A stretch of 64,000 nt of DNA from an uncultured delta proteobacterium (GCA_963712115.1 CAVQGX010000011.1:1-64000), one strand, 5' to 3'; positions 10,099-21,679 are shown, counted from the first letter of the stretch. The notes: a model not told the origin generated them from the sequence alone. A program made the numbers and translations.

Positions 10099-11495
10099 TC
10101 CTCGGATGCATCGTCTTCGCCGGCCAAACCGTATTTGGCTAGACGGTAGCGAAAGGACCTAAAGCTTATACCAAGCAGTTCAGCTGCCTTCTGTTTGGCA
10201 CCACGGGTTCTGTCGAGTGCCTGTTGGAGCAAATCCTGCTCTAGGTTTCCCAGGACATTATCCAAATCGATCCCCTCCTGAGGCAGTGTCAGGGATACGG
10301 TTTCAACTTTAGGTCTGACCTGAGTTTGCTTGAAGCTTGACAAGGTAAGGCTGTCGGGCAGAACTATGTTGGAGGACTCCAGGGCGACACTCCGTTCAAT
10401 GATGTTTTCCAGCTCTCGAATATTACCGGGAAAGTTGTAACTCTTGAGAATATCCAGGGCGAAAGAGGAGATTTTTCTGATGTCCTTACCCATTTCCTTG
10501 CTGTATTTCTCGAGAAAATGATGGGCCAGGAGGGGAATCTCATCGGACCGCTCCCTCAAGGGTGGCATGTGTATGTTTATTACGTTCAACCGGTAGTAAA
10601 GATCTTCACGAAATTGTCCTTCCATGACATCACGTTCAAGATCGCGGTTAGTGGCACTGATAATTCGCACATCTACACTTATCTCCTCACTGCCTCCAAC
10701 CATCTTGAAAGTTTTTTCCTGGACAGCCCTTAAAAGCTTGACCTGAACCGGTGGGGAAAGCTCGGCAATTTCGTCTAAGAAGAGGGTTCCCCCGTGGGCT
10801 GCCTCAAAAAGGCCACTTCGGGTTGCGGTTGCACCGGTAAAAGATCCCTTTTTATGGCCGAAGAGCTCACTTTCCATCAAGGTTTCAGGCACGCTACCAC
10901 AATTAACCGTAACGAATGGCCTGTCGTTTCGAGGGCTCTCGCGATGGATTGCCTTTGCTATCAACTCCTTGCCTGTACCCGACTCGCCGGTAATAAGAAC
11001 GTTACTGGTGGCAGCAGCAATGCGGGGAAGGAGTTCCAAAATCTTTTTGATTTCCGGGCTTTCACCCACAATGCCGTGGTAGTTGATGCGAGCGGTCCCA
11101 TCCCTTACTTCCATTTCCTGGGATTCTTGTGCTTCGGCGGTTTCTAATGCATCCCGGATGACGGCCTTGATTTCCCTCACTTTAAAGGGTTTGGGCAGAT
11201 AGTCATAGGCGCCCCATTTCATGGCCTCAACGGCTGTGGAAGTGCTAGCGTAGGCAGAGATCAAGATCACGATTGTATTCGGATGCAGTTCTTTACATTT
11301 TTTCAATACCTCAAGACCGTCAATTTCCTTCATCCGGATATCGGTGATCACCAGATCAAAGTCACTTTTCTTGAGAAGATCGATGGCCTCACCACCGCCT
11401 GCCGCAGTGGCCACCTGGTAGCCTTCTTTGTTCAGCATGATTTCCAGAAATTCTCTCATGCTGTTTTCGTCGTCGACGACAAGGATGTTGGCCAT
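10095..11495 (-). CDS. Sigma54-dependent response regulator (NtrC/PilR-like)
   Basis: REC (VDDE, ITD), GESGTGKE, ESELFGH..GSFTGA, FLDEI, C-terminal Fis HTH (AAELLGISFRSFRYRL, PilR-like). Confidence 0.92.
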   Translation of the reverse strand: MANILVVDDENSMREFLEIMLNKEGYQVATAAGGGEAIDLLKKSDFDLVITDIRMKEIDGLEVLKKCKELHPNTIVILISAYASTSTAVEAMKWGAYDYLPKPFKVREIKAVIRDALETAEAQESQEMEVRDGTARINYHGIVGESPEIKKILELLPRIAAATSNVLITGESGTGKELIAKAIHRESPRNDRPFVTVNCGSVPETLMESELFGHKKGSFTGATATRSGLFEAAHGGTLFLDEIAELSPPVQVKLLRAVQEKTFKMVGGSEEISVDVRIISATNRDLERDVMEGQFREDLYYRLNVINIHMPPLRERSDEIPLLAHHFLEKYSKEMGKDIRKISSFALDILKSYNFPGNIRELENIIERSVALESSNIVLPDSLTLSSFKQTQVRPKVETVSLTLPQEGIDLDNVLGNLEQDLLQQALDRTRGAKQKAAELLGISFRSFRYRLAKYGLAGEDDASEE

Positions 11496-11737
11496 GGTGG
11501 TTCAGTCTCCTGTCATGGCATTGCGATTTCTGGTATCGAATACGGAAATCAGCAACAATTTTATCGGTATGGATGTGAGATGTGGGATATGGGATGTAAA
11601 ATATAGGACAGGAAATCTTTGGTTAATCAACATCTCACGTCTCACATCGACGTTGGGATTGCGGACTCCGGGATCTAGGGATCCGACCTCGCTGCCCTTG
11701 GTCTTCATTGCAAGAATAGTACCTAACCGCTCAGACT

Positions 11738-13024
11738 TTAGCTTCTAAAGATGACCTTACCATCACGAAGGACCATGACCGCAGATCCCTTTAGGTTCCA
11801 GCCGTGAAAAGGGGAATTTCTGCTCTTGGAGCGGAACTGGTGAACGTCGACGGTATACTCCCGCAGAGGATCAATAAGAGTGATGTCGGCCTGGAGGCCG
11901 GAGGACAGTCGGCCCAGTTCAACCCCGAGAATCCTGGCAGGATTGCAAGTCAGTTTGCTCAGGGCCTCCAGAAGACTCAGAATTCCCTGTTCCACCAGCC
12001 GGAGAGTCAATGGTAAGGCGGTTTCCAAGCCGATCATCCCAAAAGCGGCATAGTCGAATTCCACATCCTTCTCTATGGTGCTATGCGGGGCATGATCGGT
12101 GGCGATGGCGTCGATGGTGCCGTCGGCAAGGCCCTGGTGAATTGCGGCTAGGTCCTTGGAAGAGCGAATTGGTGGGTTTACCTTCAGGTTGGTATCAAAA
12201 TTTTCGAGTGCTTCGTCAGTCAGAGTGAAATGATGGGGGGTGGCCTCTGCAGTTACCTTTACTCCACGGGCCTTGAACTGTCTGATAAGTGCTACTGAGC
12301 CACCACTGGACAAATGAGCTATGTGCAATCGCCCGCCAGTGAGTTCCGCCAGACTGCAGTCGCGGAATACCATTACGTCCTCAGCCACGCTGGGGATTTC
12401 CCTTAGGCCAAGGCGGGTGGAAGCCAACCCTTCGTTCATTACACCATCAGCTGCCAGGTCGCGGTCTTCGGCGTGGCTGATCACCGGCAGATCGAACACC
12501 TGGGCGTATTCCAGGGCCCTCCGCATGAGTTGGCTGTTCATCACCGCTTGGCCATCATCGCTGACCGCCACAGCCCCTGCTTCTTTCAACTCGGCGTATT
12601 CTGCCAGCACCTCGCCTCTCTGGCCCTGGCTGATGGCTCCCACGGGAAAGACGCGAACAAGATCAGCCTCAGCAGCACGACGGAGGATGAAGTCCGTGAC
12701 CGCTGAGTTATCATTGACCGGTTTAGTGTTGGGCATGCAACAGATAGAGGTAAAACCGCCGGCAGCTGCGGCTTGACTCCCGCTGAGAATGGTTTCCTTG
12801 TACTCCTCCCCGGGCTCCCGCAGGTGAGTGTGGAGATCAATAAGTCCCGGCACCACCCATAGCCCATCCGCTTTTATAATCTCTGTGGACGTATCGGCTT
12901 TGGAGTCAAGCGAACCGGGGGGACCTAAGCCCCTAATTACGCTTCCCTCAACAAGGATGTCATGGAGTTCGTCTAAACCACTTGCCGGGTCCAAGACCCT
13001 GCCGCCGCGGATGAGCTTACTCAT
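11738..13024 (-). CDS. pyrC: Dihydroorotase
   Basis: [30 protein letters not shown]; overlaps pyrB. Confidence 0.95.
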   Translation of the reverse strand: MSKLIRGGRVLDPASGLDELHDILVEGSVIRGLGPPGSLDSKADTSTEIIKADGLWVVPGLIDLHTHLREPGEEYKETILSGSQAAAAGGFTSICCMPNTKPVNDNSAVTDFILRRAAEADLVRVFPVGAISQGQRGEVLAEYAELKEAGAVAVSDDGQAVMNSQLMRRALEYAQVFDLPVISHAEDRDLAADGVMNEGLASTRLGLREIPSVAEDVMVFRDCSLAELTGGRLHIAHLSSGGSVALIRQFKARGVKVTAEATPHHFTLTDEALENFDTNLKVNPPIRSSKDLAAIHQGLADGTIDAIATDHAPHSTIEKDVEFDYAAFGMIGLETALPLTLRLVEQGILSLLEALSKLTCNPARILGVELGRLSSGLQADITLIDPLREYTVDVHQFRSKSRNSPFHGWNLKGSAVMVLRDGKVIFRS

Positions 13025-13946
13025 CCTTTTCTCCTCCTATGAGTAAATAGAGCAGAGCCATACGGATGGCGACGCCGTTAGTTACCTGATCCAGGATCAC
13101 GGAATAAGGTCCGTCAGCAACAGAAGGACTAATCTCGACGCCACGGTTAATCGGTCCAGGATGCATGATGAGTACGTCTGATTTAGCATCGGACAGTTTG
13201 TCTTCGTTCAAGCCAAAGACCTTGGAATACTCTCTTAAGCTGGGAATTAGCATCTTGCCCTGCCGCTCCAGCTGGATCCTGAGCATCATGATCACATCTG
13301 CCTCAGGGATGACGTCTTCGGGATGGTTGAAAACCTCCACACCCAACTTGTCCAAATCTTGGGGAATCATTGTATTGGGGCCAGCCACCAGGACCCTGGC
13401 GCCCATCTTGGTGAGGGCCCAGATATTGGAACGTGCTACCCTGCTGTGGGCAATGTCACCTATGATGGCAACGGTTTGCCCCGATATGGTCCCTTTGTGG
13501 TCCCTTATGGTGAGGAGATCGAGCAAGGCTTGGGTAGGGTGTTCGTGCATGCCGTCGCCGGCGTTGATGACCGATGCCTCCACGCGTCTGGCTAACATGT
13601 GAGGCGCTCCAGCTGCCGAATGGCGGAGCACTATGACGTCAGGGTTCATTGCTTCCAGGTTCTTGGCGGTATCGAGGAGGGTCTCACCCTTGACAATGCT
13701 GCTGGTGGAGGCGGAGATGTTGAAAGTGTCAGCACTCAGCCGCTTTGCGGCAATCTCGAATGAGGTGCGGGTTCTAGTGCTGGGCTCATAAAAGAGATGA
13801 ACCACGGTCCTGCCCCTTAGGGTGGGGACTTTTTTGATGGGGCGGGTTGAGATTTCCTTGAAGGTCTCAGCCGTTTCAAGGATAATTTCGATCTCTTCTG
13901 GCTCGAGCTGTTTTATTCCTAGCAAATCTTTTTTGCGGAACTGCAT
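13017..13946 (-). CDS. pyrB: Aspartate carbamoyltransferase catalytic subunit
   Basis: [26 protein letters not shown]; start MQFRKK at 13946 with SD GAGGA. Confidence 0.96.
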   Translation of the reverse strand: MQFRKKDLLGIKQLEPEEIEIILETAETFKEISTRPIKKVPTLRGRTVVHLFYEPSTRTRTSFEIAAKRLSADTFNISASTSSIVKGETLLDTAKNLEAMNPDVIVLRHSAAGAPHMLARRVEASVINAGDGMHEHPTQALLDLLTIRDHKGTISGQTVAIIGDIAHSRVARSNIWALTKMGARVLVAGPNTMIPQDLDKLGVEVFNHPEDVIPEADVIMMLRIQLERQGKMLIPSLREYSKVFGLNEDKLSDAKSDVLIMHPGPINRGVEISPSVADGPYSVILDQVTNGVAIRMALLYLLIGGEKDE

Positions 13947-14262
13947 AGATTGCTTCCTCGGCGGATGGGCGGCAACCAAAACGAGGGGGATGCAGCCCTT
14001 AAGCAACGGTAGTTGCGCGAAGGGAGGGAGTTAATTTTTAGCAGGATAATCTATCCCATTTGGCCTCCCTTTGCAAGATTAATTCGCATAGTCCATAGGG
14101 CAAAGGGCAGAGCGTGCTGTAGTTTCGGCAGTTTGGCCAGATGACCGGCTCAACTGACGCAACCGCCAGACCAGTCAGCCCCGAAGTATAGCTAAATAAT
14201 AGTAGTTATTTTAAATATATATAAAGAGCCACGGACCACGGACCACCGACCAAAAAATGGGT

Positions 14263-14291
14263 TTGACATCCAGCAGGGGCTCCATTATTAT
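14263..14291 (+). promoter_or_regulatory. sigma70-type promoter upstream of nrdJ
   Basis: TTGACA-N17-TATTAT. Confidence 0.6.
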
Positions 14292-14410
14292 TGAGCACCC
14301 TTCGAGCGGAGTAGGTTCATTTCTGACAGGCAAGTTGCAGTTGGGCCTCCTCTTCCTACGTGATACAATTAAGATAAAAATAATGGAGCCAAGCAGTGCA
14401 AGGAGACATC

Positions 14411-16600
14411 ATGGCCCTCCAGCAAAGCGTAGAAGCACCGGCACTCACTGAAAACGCATTGGTGGTATTGAAAAAGCGTTATCTCAAGAAGAACGAGTAC
14501 GGTGAGGTGGTGGAAACACCGGAGGAGATGTTTCACCGGGTAGCCAACACCGTGGCCGAGGCCGAGTTGATTTACGATCCCCATGGTCATGTGGGTGAGG
14601 TGGCAGCGAGATTCTATGGTTTGCTGACCCGCTTGGAGCTAGTGCCCAACTCACCTACGTTGATGAATGCAGGTAGAGAACTGGGACAACTTTCTGCATG
14701 TTTTGTCCTACCGGTTGATGACTCCATTGAATCCATCTTTGAGGCTATCAAGCACACCGCCATGATACACAAGAGCGGAGGCGGGACTGGTTTCTCCTTT
14801 TCTCGGGTTCGGCCGGAGAATGACAAAGTTCTATCGACCCAGGGAGTCTCTAGCGGACCTATAAGTTTTATGACGGTTTTTGATGTGGCCACCGAGACCA
14901 TAAAGCAGGGGGGGACCCGGCGCGGTGCGAACATGGGAATTCTCCGGGTGGATCACCCCGATGCAGAGGCATTTATCACTGCGAAAACCGACAATGACAA
15001 GTTGAATAATTTCAATATCTCTGTGGCAGTGACCGATAAGTTCATGCAGGCCGTGGAGGAGGACGGGGAATACGATCTGATCAACCCCCGCACCGGAGAG
15101 AGAGACAAACGTCTCCAGGCGCGCGAAGTATTTGAAAAGATTGTTGATTCCGCCTGGAGAAACGGAGAGCCCGGTATAATCTTTCTCGACTCCATTAACC
15201 GCGACAATCCCACACCCCACATAGGTGAGATCGAATCCACTAATCCGTGCGGCGAACAACCTCTGCTCCCTTATGAGTCCTGCAACCTGGGATCGATTAA
15301 CCTGACCAAAGTGGTGGAAAATGGCCAGGCTAATTTCGAGAAGCTCAAAGAGATTGTTTGGACAAGTGTCCACTTTCTGGACAATGTTATCGACGTAAAT
15401 CGCTACCCCTTACCCCAGATCGAGGAGAATACCAAGGCCAATCGCAAAATCGGCTTAGGAGTAATGGGATTTGCCGACATGCTGATTTCTCTCGGAATTC
15501 CTTACAATTCCGAGGAAGCCATCGACATGGCCGGGCAGGTAATGTCCTTCATTCAGAAGGAATCTAAGGCTGCCTCGGCGGAATTGGCAAGGAAACGAGG
15601 AAATTTTCCCAATTATCCTGGCTCAATATATGACAGCCAGGATACACCCCACATGCGCAATGCTACCACCACTACCATTGCCCCAACGGGTACTATCAGT
15701 ATCATTGCCGGTACTTCCAGTGGTATTGAGCCCATCTTTGCCGTGACCTTTTTGCGAAAAGTGCTGGACGGTCAGGAGTTACTGGAGGTACATCCGATTT
15801 TCCGCGAGATCTCTAAAGAAAAAGGCTTTTACAGCGAAGAACTGATGAAGGTCATCGCTGAGAAAGGCACAATTCAGGAAATCGAAGGGATCCCCGAGGA
15901 TGTAAAGCGCCTTTTTGTCACCGCCCATGACATCAACCCTGAATGGCACATTCGCATCCAAGGGGCCTTTCAAAAATACACTGATAATGCTGTGAGCAAG
16001 ACCATCAACTTCCCCTATTCGGCCACAAGAGAAGACGTGCGCAAGGCTTATCTACTCGCTTATAACCTTGGGTGCAAAGGATTGACCATTTATCGCGACG
16101 GCAGCAGAGACCAGCAGGTACTAAATATTCAGCGGAAGCCCGCCGAGCCACCGAAGGTTGCCCCGCGGCCTCGCCCTGAGCGAACCTACGGCGTAACCCA
16201 GCGAATGAATACAGGTTGCGGTAAGCTTTATGTGACACTCAACAGTGATGATTTGGGACCCTGTGAGGTGTTCGCCCAGATGGGCAAGGCCGGCGGCTGT
16301 GCCAATTCGCAGATTGAAGCCACCGGCCGGCTAATCTCATTGGCGCTGCGTTCAGGGGTCAAGCCGGCATCCATCCTAAGACAGCTCATGGGAATTCGGT
16401 GCCCATCGCCCGTCTGGCAAGAGGGAGAAATGGTGCTCAGTTGCTCGGACGCCATTGCCAGGGTATTGGGCGAATATTGCCAGAGTGGATTTAGCCACAT
16501 GGTAGCTGAAATGGGCGCTTGCCCTGACTGTGGCGCCTCAGTGGAACACGAGGGTGGCTGCATTGTTTGCCGCTCTTGCGGTTTCTCGAGGTGCGGATAA
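14411..16600 (+). CDS. nrdJ: Adenosylcobalamin-dependent class II ribonucleotide reductase with TSCPD/Zn-ribbon C-terminus
   Basis: [38 protein letters not shown]; C-terminal CPDC/CRSC; SD AAGGAG. Confidence 0.95.
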   Translation: MALQQSVEAPALTENALVVLKKRYLKKNEYGEVVETPEEMFHRVANTVAEAELIYDPHGHVGEVAARFYGLLTRLELVPNSPTLMNAGRELGQLSACFVLPVDDSIESIFEAIKHTAMIHKSGGGTGFSFSRVRPENDKVLSTQGVSSGPISFMTVFDVATETIKQGGTRRGANMGILRVDHPDAEAFITAKTDNDKLNNFNISVAVTDKFMQAVEEDGEYDLINPRTGERDKRLQAREVFEKIVDSAWRNGEPGIIFLDSINRDNPTPHIGEIESTNPCGEQPLLPYESCNLGSINLTKVVENGQANFEKLKEIVWTSVHFLDNVIDVNRYPLPQIEENTKANRKIGLGVMGFADMLISLGIPYNSEEAIDMAGQVMSFIQKESKAASAELARKRGNFPNYPGSIYDSQDTPHMRNATTTTIAPTGTISIIAGTSSGIEPIFAVTFLRKVLDGQELLEVHPIFREISKEKGFYSEELMKVIAEKGTIQEIEGIPEDVKRLFVTAHDINPEWHIRIQGAFQKYTDNAVSKTINFPYSATREDVRKAYLLAYNLGCKGLTIYRDGSRDQQVLNIQRKPAEPPKVAPRPRPERTYGVTQRMNTGCGKLYVTLNSDDLGPCEVFAQMGKAGGCANSQIEATGRLISLALRSGVKPASILRQLMGIRCPSPVWQEGEMVLSCSDAIARVLGEYCQSGFSHMVAEMGACPDCGASVEHEGGCIVCRSCGFSRCG

Positions 16601-16615
16601 GCGCACAGCGCCATC

Positions 16616-16739
16616 TCTCATTGCACATTTGTCATTGATCATTTATCATTTTTTATTTTGGCGAGATGGTTGTGCGAATCTGGGCTATCATAACCCCTTG
16701 CCAGGTTTTTTAATGTGAAATGATAAATGCGAAATGAGA
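16616..16739. repeat. 7-nt-period inverted repeat element
   Basis: TCTCATT GCACATT TGTCATT GATCATT TATCATT - ~60 nt spacer - AATGTGA AATGATA AATGCGA AATGAGA. Confidence 0.8.
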
Positions 16740-16786
16740 AATTATAAATTCCTGACTGCTTGCTGCCCGCTGCCTGCTTTTGAAAA

Positions 16787-17464
16787 ATGCTTCATCCCTG
16801 GAATCTCACTCCCAAAGAAGCCATAGCCCTCCAGAAACGGTTGGCTTCTCAAGTTGTATTAAAGCCCTTGCCTGAGAGAATCAATTTGGTCGCCGGCGGC
16901 GATGTGGGTTATTCTAGCCGCTACAAGACAGCTGTGGCAGCGTTGGCCACTTACACCTACCCAAGTCTTGAGTTCAGAGAGCTTGTCCAATTTAGTGACA
17001 AGATTGCTTACCCGTATATGCCCGGGCTTCTATCCTTTAGAGAACTGCCCCTCCTTCTAAAAACATTTCAACTCCTGCAGGAACAGCCTGATGTAGTTTT
17101 ATGCGACGGCCAGGGAGTGGCTCACCCAAGGATGCTTGGTCTTGCCAGCCATCTTGGTCTCTGGCTAGATTTGTCCACGGTAGGCTGTGCCAAAACGAGA
17201 TTGGTGGGCACACACGGGAAGGTTGGACCTAAGAAAGGCCAATATCGCTCCCTCAAGCACCGCCATGAGCAGGTTGGTGTGGTACTGCGCACCAGGACTA
17301 AGGTCAAGCCCCTATACGTATCCCCTGGGCATTTGGCTGACCTGGAAAGCAGTCGCAGGCTGGTCATGCGATGCTGTTTAAAATACCGTCTTCCTGAACC
17401 CATCCGCCAGGCCCACCTGGCGGTTCAAAGGGCAGTGCGGGGAAAACTAACCACTAAGGACTAG
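16787..17464 (+). CDS. nfi: Endonuclease V (deoxyinosine 3' endonuclease)
   Basis: GGDVGY, YMPGLLSFRE, DGQGVAHPR.LGLASHLG, GCAK, YVSPGH, RLPEPIRQAH. Confidence 0.95.
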   Translation: MLHPWNLTPKEAIALQKRLASQVVLKPLPERINLVAGGDVGYSSRYKTAVAALATYTYPSLEFRELVQFSDKIAYPYMPGLLSFRELPLLLKTFQLLQEQPDVVLCDGQGVAHPRMLGLASHLGLWLDLSTVGCAKTRLVGTHGKVGPKKGQYRSLKHRHEQVGVVLRTRTKVKPLYVSPGHLADLESSRRLVMRCCLKYRLPEPIRQAHLAVQRAVRGKLTTKD

Positions 17465-17491
17465 GGACTAAGCACTTTTGTTCAGCCGGCA

Positions 17492-17598
17492 GCCCTTCGG
17501 CAGGCTCAGGGCAAGCTCGCTTCGTGCAATTTCAATTTCACAATATCTTGTAGAAGCCAGCTCCCTCCGGGGCGTAGGCCCCTCCGAGCCGGAGGCCG
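17492..17598. repeat. REP-like palindromic units between convergent nfi and mpl
   Basis: GCCCTTCGGCAGGCTCAGGGC and GGGCGTAGGCCC-CTCCGAGCCGGAG hairpins. Confidence 0.5.
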
Positions 17599-17674
17599 CT
17601 TGCGATTTGAATGATTTCAACGACTGCCCTTGCGCCTCTCTTAATTCGCAATCCGAAATTCCAAATTCGAAATG

Positions 17675-19096
17675 TTACCTACTAAGACCCTCCAAAATTC
17701 TGTCGATCAGGTTATCGAAAGACCCGGTGGACATCACTAGGAGCACATCCTTTGACTCGACTCTGGGGAGGATGAAGGGGAGCATGCCTTCAATGTCGGG
17801 GAAATAGTGAGCCTCAATCCCGCGGGCGGCGATGTCTGCAACCAGCTGCTGCGCCGATAACCGATCCCCTGGTGCAATGCGATCCAATCCCGGGGGCTCC
17901 TTGATAAGCACTAGGTCGGCCGCATCGAAAACCGTGGCATAACGCTCCTGGAAAACCCTCCTTTTGCTGGAATTGGTCCGCGGCTCGAAAATGGCCCAGA
18001 GACGGCGACCGCCATAGAAAGGACGTAGCGCCTCGAGAGTAGCCTGTACCGCCGTGGGATGGTGAGCATAATCATCAATAACCGTGACGCCACCTGGCTC
18101 GCCCCTTACCTCTTGGCGGCGGCGAACACCTCTGAAAGTGCTGAGGGCCTGCTGGATGGTCCCTTTTCCCAGACCCAGCTCGTGTCCTAGAGCCACCATG
18201 GCCATGGTGTTGCTCAAATTGTGGGCTCCCGCAAGGGGAGAGATGAAGCTGGCCTTGAATCCTTGTGGCCCGGAAACAACGAAGCGGGTAGCACCAATAC
18301 CATATTCCGCCCTTTCCACCTTAAAATGAGCCGGTTCTTGAAAGCCGTAAGAAACAAGCCGACAACGGGCTTGGTGACTGAGGCGGGAGGCCCCGGGGTC
18401 GTCCGAGTTTGCTATGAGGAGGCCATCCTGCGGGATGCTTTGCACCAACTGGGAAAACACACTTTCCACTGCCGCCAGGTCAGGGAAGATGTCAGCGTGA
18501 TCGAATTCCACACTGGTTAGTACGCATATTTTTGGCTGATAGTGAAGGAATTTGGGTCCCTTGTCGAAAAAAGCGGTGTCGTACTCATCACCCTCAACCA
18601 CGAAGTAAGTCCCCTTGCCAAGTCGATAGCTCTGCTGGAAATTGGCCAACAGTCCACCCACGAGGCAGCCGGGGTCGATTCCGGCCACGGTGAGGAGCCA
18701 GACGAGTAGTGCGGCAGTGGTCGTCTTGCCGTGGGTTCCTGCGGCAACCACCGACTGAGACGAATTCAGGAAAAAACGTTGGAGAGCCTGGGGCATGGAA
18801 CAGTAGCTGAGACCGCCCTCGAGGGTTGCCACCGCTTCCGGGTTGTCACGGCGAACAACGTTGCCCACCACCACTAGATCAGGAGGAGGTTCAAGATTTT
18901 CACTCCCATATCCCTCCTTGATGGTAATCCCTCTGGAAGCAAGAAAGGTACTCATGGGCGGGTAGACATTCTCGTCAGAGCCCTGCACCTGGTAGCCGGC
19001 TTCATGAAGCATTGCCGCCAGGGTTCCCATCCCAGTGCCGCAGATGCCAATGAGATGTATGGTTTTGATTTTGGTATGGTTTTTTGTGTTGCACAT
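17675..19096 (-). CDS. mpl: Murein tripeptide ligase
   Basis: IGICGTGM, VYPPMS, GTHGKTTT, EGDEYDTAFFDKGPKF, DDYAHHPTA, FEPRTNS. Confidence 0.92.
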   Translation of the reverse strand: MCNTKNHTKIKTIHLIGICGTGMGTLAAMLHEAGYQVQGSDENVYPPMSTFLASRGITIKEGYGSENLEPPPDLVVVGNVVRRDNPEAVATLEGGLSYCSMPQALQRFFLNSSQSVVAAGTHGKTTTAALLVWLLTVAGIDPGCLVGGLLANFQQSYRLGKGTYFVVEGDEYDTAFFDKGPKFLHYQPKICVLTSVEFDHADIFPDLAAVESVFSQLVQSIPQDGLLIANSDDPGASRLSHQARCRLVSYGFQEPAHFKVERAEYGIGATRFVVSGPQGFKASFISPLAGAHNLSNTMAMVALGHELGLGKGTIQQALSTFRGVRRRQEVRGEPGGVTVIDDYAHHPTAVQATLEALRPFYGGRRLWAIFEPRTNSSKRRVFQERYATVFDAADLVLIKEPPGLDRIAPGDRLSAQQLVADIAARGIEAHYFPDIEGMLPFILPRVESKDVLLVMSTGSFDNLIDRILEGLSR

Positions 19097-19310
19097 CTCT
19101 TTACTGTTTGCTTAGGTTTCGCATAGCGCATAGCGTAAAAATCTTGTCTAGATCGTCTATTTTTTTAATCGTCGAAATTTAGAATAATTTGATCACTTCC
19201 GACTATCCATTTTGTTCATGCTGGGCAATATCAACAATCCAAATGCTCCCCAGCCCCAAAGAGTTTGACCAGTTAACTAATTGACCACGCTCTGCGCCAT
19301 GCGCTTTGCG

Positions 19311-20408
19311 CTATGCGAATTCTTCCATAACCGCGTCGTGGAGCAAAGGTCGAAATTCCTTGATTTTTTCATTGTCGCGGCTGGGGTGTACTCGATTGCT
19401 GAGCAGGATTACTGCCATCTTTTTCTCTAAGTCAAGCCAAAAGGAAGTGCCAGTAAAGCCGAGGTGGCCAACGGTGTTTGCTGAGAAATAGCGGCCGGCA
19501 CTGGAGTCCGAAGAAGCTGGGGTGTCGAAGCCCAAGGCCCAGGTGCTGGGAGGATGCAAACGCGCCGGCTGTAAGAACTCGGTCAAGTGTTCCCTAGACC
19601 AGGGAACTGAGGTGTTTTCGGCAGAAATTGTGTCCAAAATAGTATCCAGGAGACATTTTACCTCTAGGGCCGTGCCGAATAATCCTGCGTGGCCAGCCAC
19701 GCCGCCGAGAACATAGGCATTCTCGTCGTGGACCTCTCCGGAAAGGATGCGGTTCCTCCAAGGACAGTATTCGGTGTCGGCGAATTGGTTATGATCAAAA
19801 TCTGTCTCCTGACCGAGGGGAATAAACCCCGGAGAAGCACAAACAAGATGATCAAAGAGGTTTTCCTGGGTGAAGTGGTAAAGATCTCGTCCGCTGATTT
19901 CCTCAAGAAGCCACTCGATAACAATAAAGCCCAGATCACTGTAGACGGTGTTGGTTGCCGGGGGGTAGGCAAGGGGTTCTTCGAGAATCTGCCGACGTAT
20001 TTGGGCCTTACGGGCCATCTGGGGCAAAGTTCTGAGAGAGAGATAGTACGGCTTCCAGGCGGGCAGACCAGAACAGTGACTAAGGAGCTGTCTGAGAGTG
20101 ATTCCCTTTTTGTCTTCCGGTACAGTGGTGGAGGATAGAATTTTTGCAAGCGAATCGCCCAGCCGAACCATGCCCATGCTGACGAGACATAGTATACTCA
20201 GGGCTGTCGCCAGGGGCTTGGTGAGTGAGGCCAGATCGAAGCAGGTTTGACGGGTCATGGGCCGGGGCGTGGGGAATAAACCGCTGTTTCCCACCGCTTC
20301 AAAAAAGACAATTTTCTTGCTGTGGGAAACCAGGAGGACGCTACCGGGAAATACCCCATCAGAGACAGCAGTGAGTAATAAACCTAGGATCCTTTTCTCC
20401 GCGCTCAT
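19311..20408 (-). CDS. Serine hydrolase, beta-lactamase family
   Basis: FDLASLTK (SxxK), YSDLGF, GEVHDENA, GHAGLF, GHLGFTG. Confidence 0.9.
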   Translation of the reverse strand: MSAEKRILGLLLTAVSDGVFPGSVLLVSHSKKIVFFEAVGNSGLFPTPRPMTRQTCFDLASLTKPLATALSILCLVSMGMVRLGDSLAKILSSTTVPEDKKGITLRQLLSHCSGLPAWKPYYLSLRTLPQMARKAQIRRQILEEPLAYPPATNTVYSDLGFIVIEWLLEEISGRDLYHFTQENLFDHLVCASPGFIPLGQETDFDHNQFADTEYCPWRNRILSGEVHDENAYVLGGVAGHAGLFGTALEVKCLLDTILDTISAENTSVPWSREHLTEFLQPARLHPPSTWALGFDTPASSDSSAGRYFSANTVGHLGFTGTSFWLDLEKKMAVILLSNRVHPSRDNEKIKEFRPLLHDAVMEEFA

Positions 20409-21316
20409 GGTGCCGTGGCCGATTGATGATAGGTTAGGGTGCCGGCCCCAGCATCCAGCGTGGCAGGGAGGCCTAGAGGCAGGGTAAGATTCCGCCTTCC
20501 ATGGCCAACGGGAGCCCCTGAAAGAATTGGAAAGGAGCTAGAAGCAAAGCGCTCCTGCACCAGGTCGTTGAGTGCATCCCGGGGGCCATTTTCGGAGAAG
20601 TCACCCAAAATAAGGCCAGAGATCTCTTGTGCAAGTCCGGTATGGATCAACTGGGTGAGCATTCGGTCGACCCTATACAATCGTTCACCCCTGTCCTCGA
20701 GAAAAAGAATGGCTCCAGAAAGGGAGGGCAGAAAAGACGTCCCGAGGAGGTGAATAAGGGTGGTGAGATTGCCGCCGAGAACTGATCCTTCGCATCTCCC
20801 TGACCTAAGGCAGACTGCCTCGGTAAATAGCAACTCAACGGTTGCACTGCTGCTGAGGGCGGTCCAAAATGACTCTATGGTTTCCCGGTCAGATGTGGCC
20901 AAGGTCGAGACGGTGGGACCATGGTAGCAAACCAAGCCTGCCTTGACATGACAGGCGAGAAGTAGGGCGGTTATGTCGCTGAATCCCACTAAAGACTTGG
21001 GCGTAGTCCGAAGCTGTTCATAGGCGATGTCCGGCAGGATGCGCAAAGAGCCATAGCCGCCCCGGGCGCAGAGAATACCCTTTATCTCTGGATCCTGGAC
21101 AAACTCGTTGAAGCGCGAGGCCCGATATTCATCACTTCCGGCAAGGTAGTCGGGCTGAAATGACTCGACACCCACATGAGAAACAACCTCCAGACCCAGC
21201 TTGTTCAAAATGGCATAGCCTGCCTCGAGCTCGTGGGCCGGGCATGGGCTGGCAGGCGATAATACTCCTACCCGATCTCCGGGTCTGAGCGAGGGTGGTT
21301 TGATGAGAGTTAGCAT
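20405..21316 (-). CDS. ldcA: LD-carboxypeptidase (S66 family)
   Basis: RGGYG, GFSDIT, GGNL, FLED, GHG motifs; start MLTLIK at 21316 because the longer ORF begins inside a MITE. Confidence 0.88.
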   Translation of the reverse strand: MLTLIKPPSLRPGDRVGVLSPASPCPAHELEAGYAILNKLGLEVVSHVGVESFQPDYLAGSDEYRASRFNEFVQDPEIKGILCARGGYGSLRILPDIAYEQLRTTPKSLVGFSDITALLLACHVKAGLVCYHGPTVSTLATSDRETIESFWTALSSSATVELLFTEAVCLRSGRCEGSVLGGNLTTLIHLLGTSFLPSLSGAILFLEDRGERLYRVDRMLTQLIHTGLAQEISGLILGDFSENGPRDALNDLVQERFASSSFPILSGAPVGHGRRNLTLPLGLPATLDAGAGTLTYHQSATAP

Positions 21317-21329
21317 GAAGTAATGTCTG

Positions 21330-21498
21330 CTAGGAGTCTGTCGGAGTACCTCTTTATTGGACACTTGGTGGTCATCGTGGCCCTAATGGGACCCTAAAAC
21401 GGCGAATGGAGTGGTCAACGTTAGTCAGAATGCCAGTGGGACTGAACCTTGCGTCCCTATTTTTCCATTGAGAGCTAGCTAGTCCGACACACTCCTAG
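21330..21498. mobile_element. MITE-like element family B
   Basis: CTAG-GAGTCTGTCGGA ... TCCGACACACTC-CTAG terminal inverted repeat (1 mismatch), CTAG at both ends, no ORF. Confidence 0.7.
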
Positions 21499-21679
21499 CC
21501 TGGATATTTCATGAATCACCTGCTGCGACCACGGATATGGCCGTCCTTCCTGGCGTCCTCGGGTGTCGGCTCCTGCGACGTACCGTTCAGGTACGTCTCG
21601 GAACCAACACCCTGCGGTTTCCCGGTGGCACGCCCATCTTCGTGGTCTCGCGACAGCAATTCATGAAATATCCAGGCTC
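21496..21679 (+). mobile_element. MITE-like element family A, copy 1
   Basis: Perfect 20-bp TIR AGCCTGGATATTTCATGAAT / ATTCATGAAATATCCAGGCT; interior homologous to copies 2 and 4. Confidence 0.85.

Noticed and set aside
14190-14410. NrdR boxes or cobalamin riboswitch before nrdJ
   Set aside because: No ACAC-ATAT-GTG-like tandem palindromes or B12-box motif recognised.
21329-21499. 6S RNA or c-di-GMP-I riboswitch (long closing stem; GGGACGCAAG on the minus strand)
   Set aside because: Other c-di-GMP-I elements (GGCAAAC, GNRA P2) are not seen and the context is not typical for ssrS; CTAG-flanked TIRs fit a MITE better. An Rfam scan would settle it.
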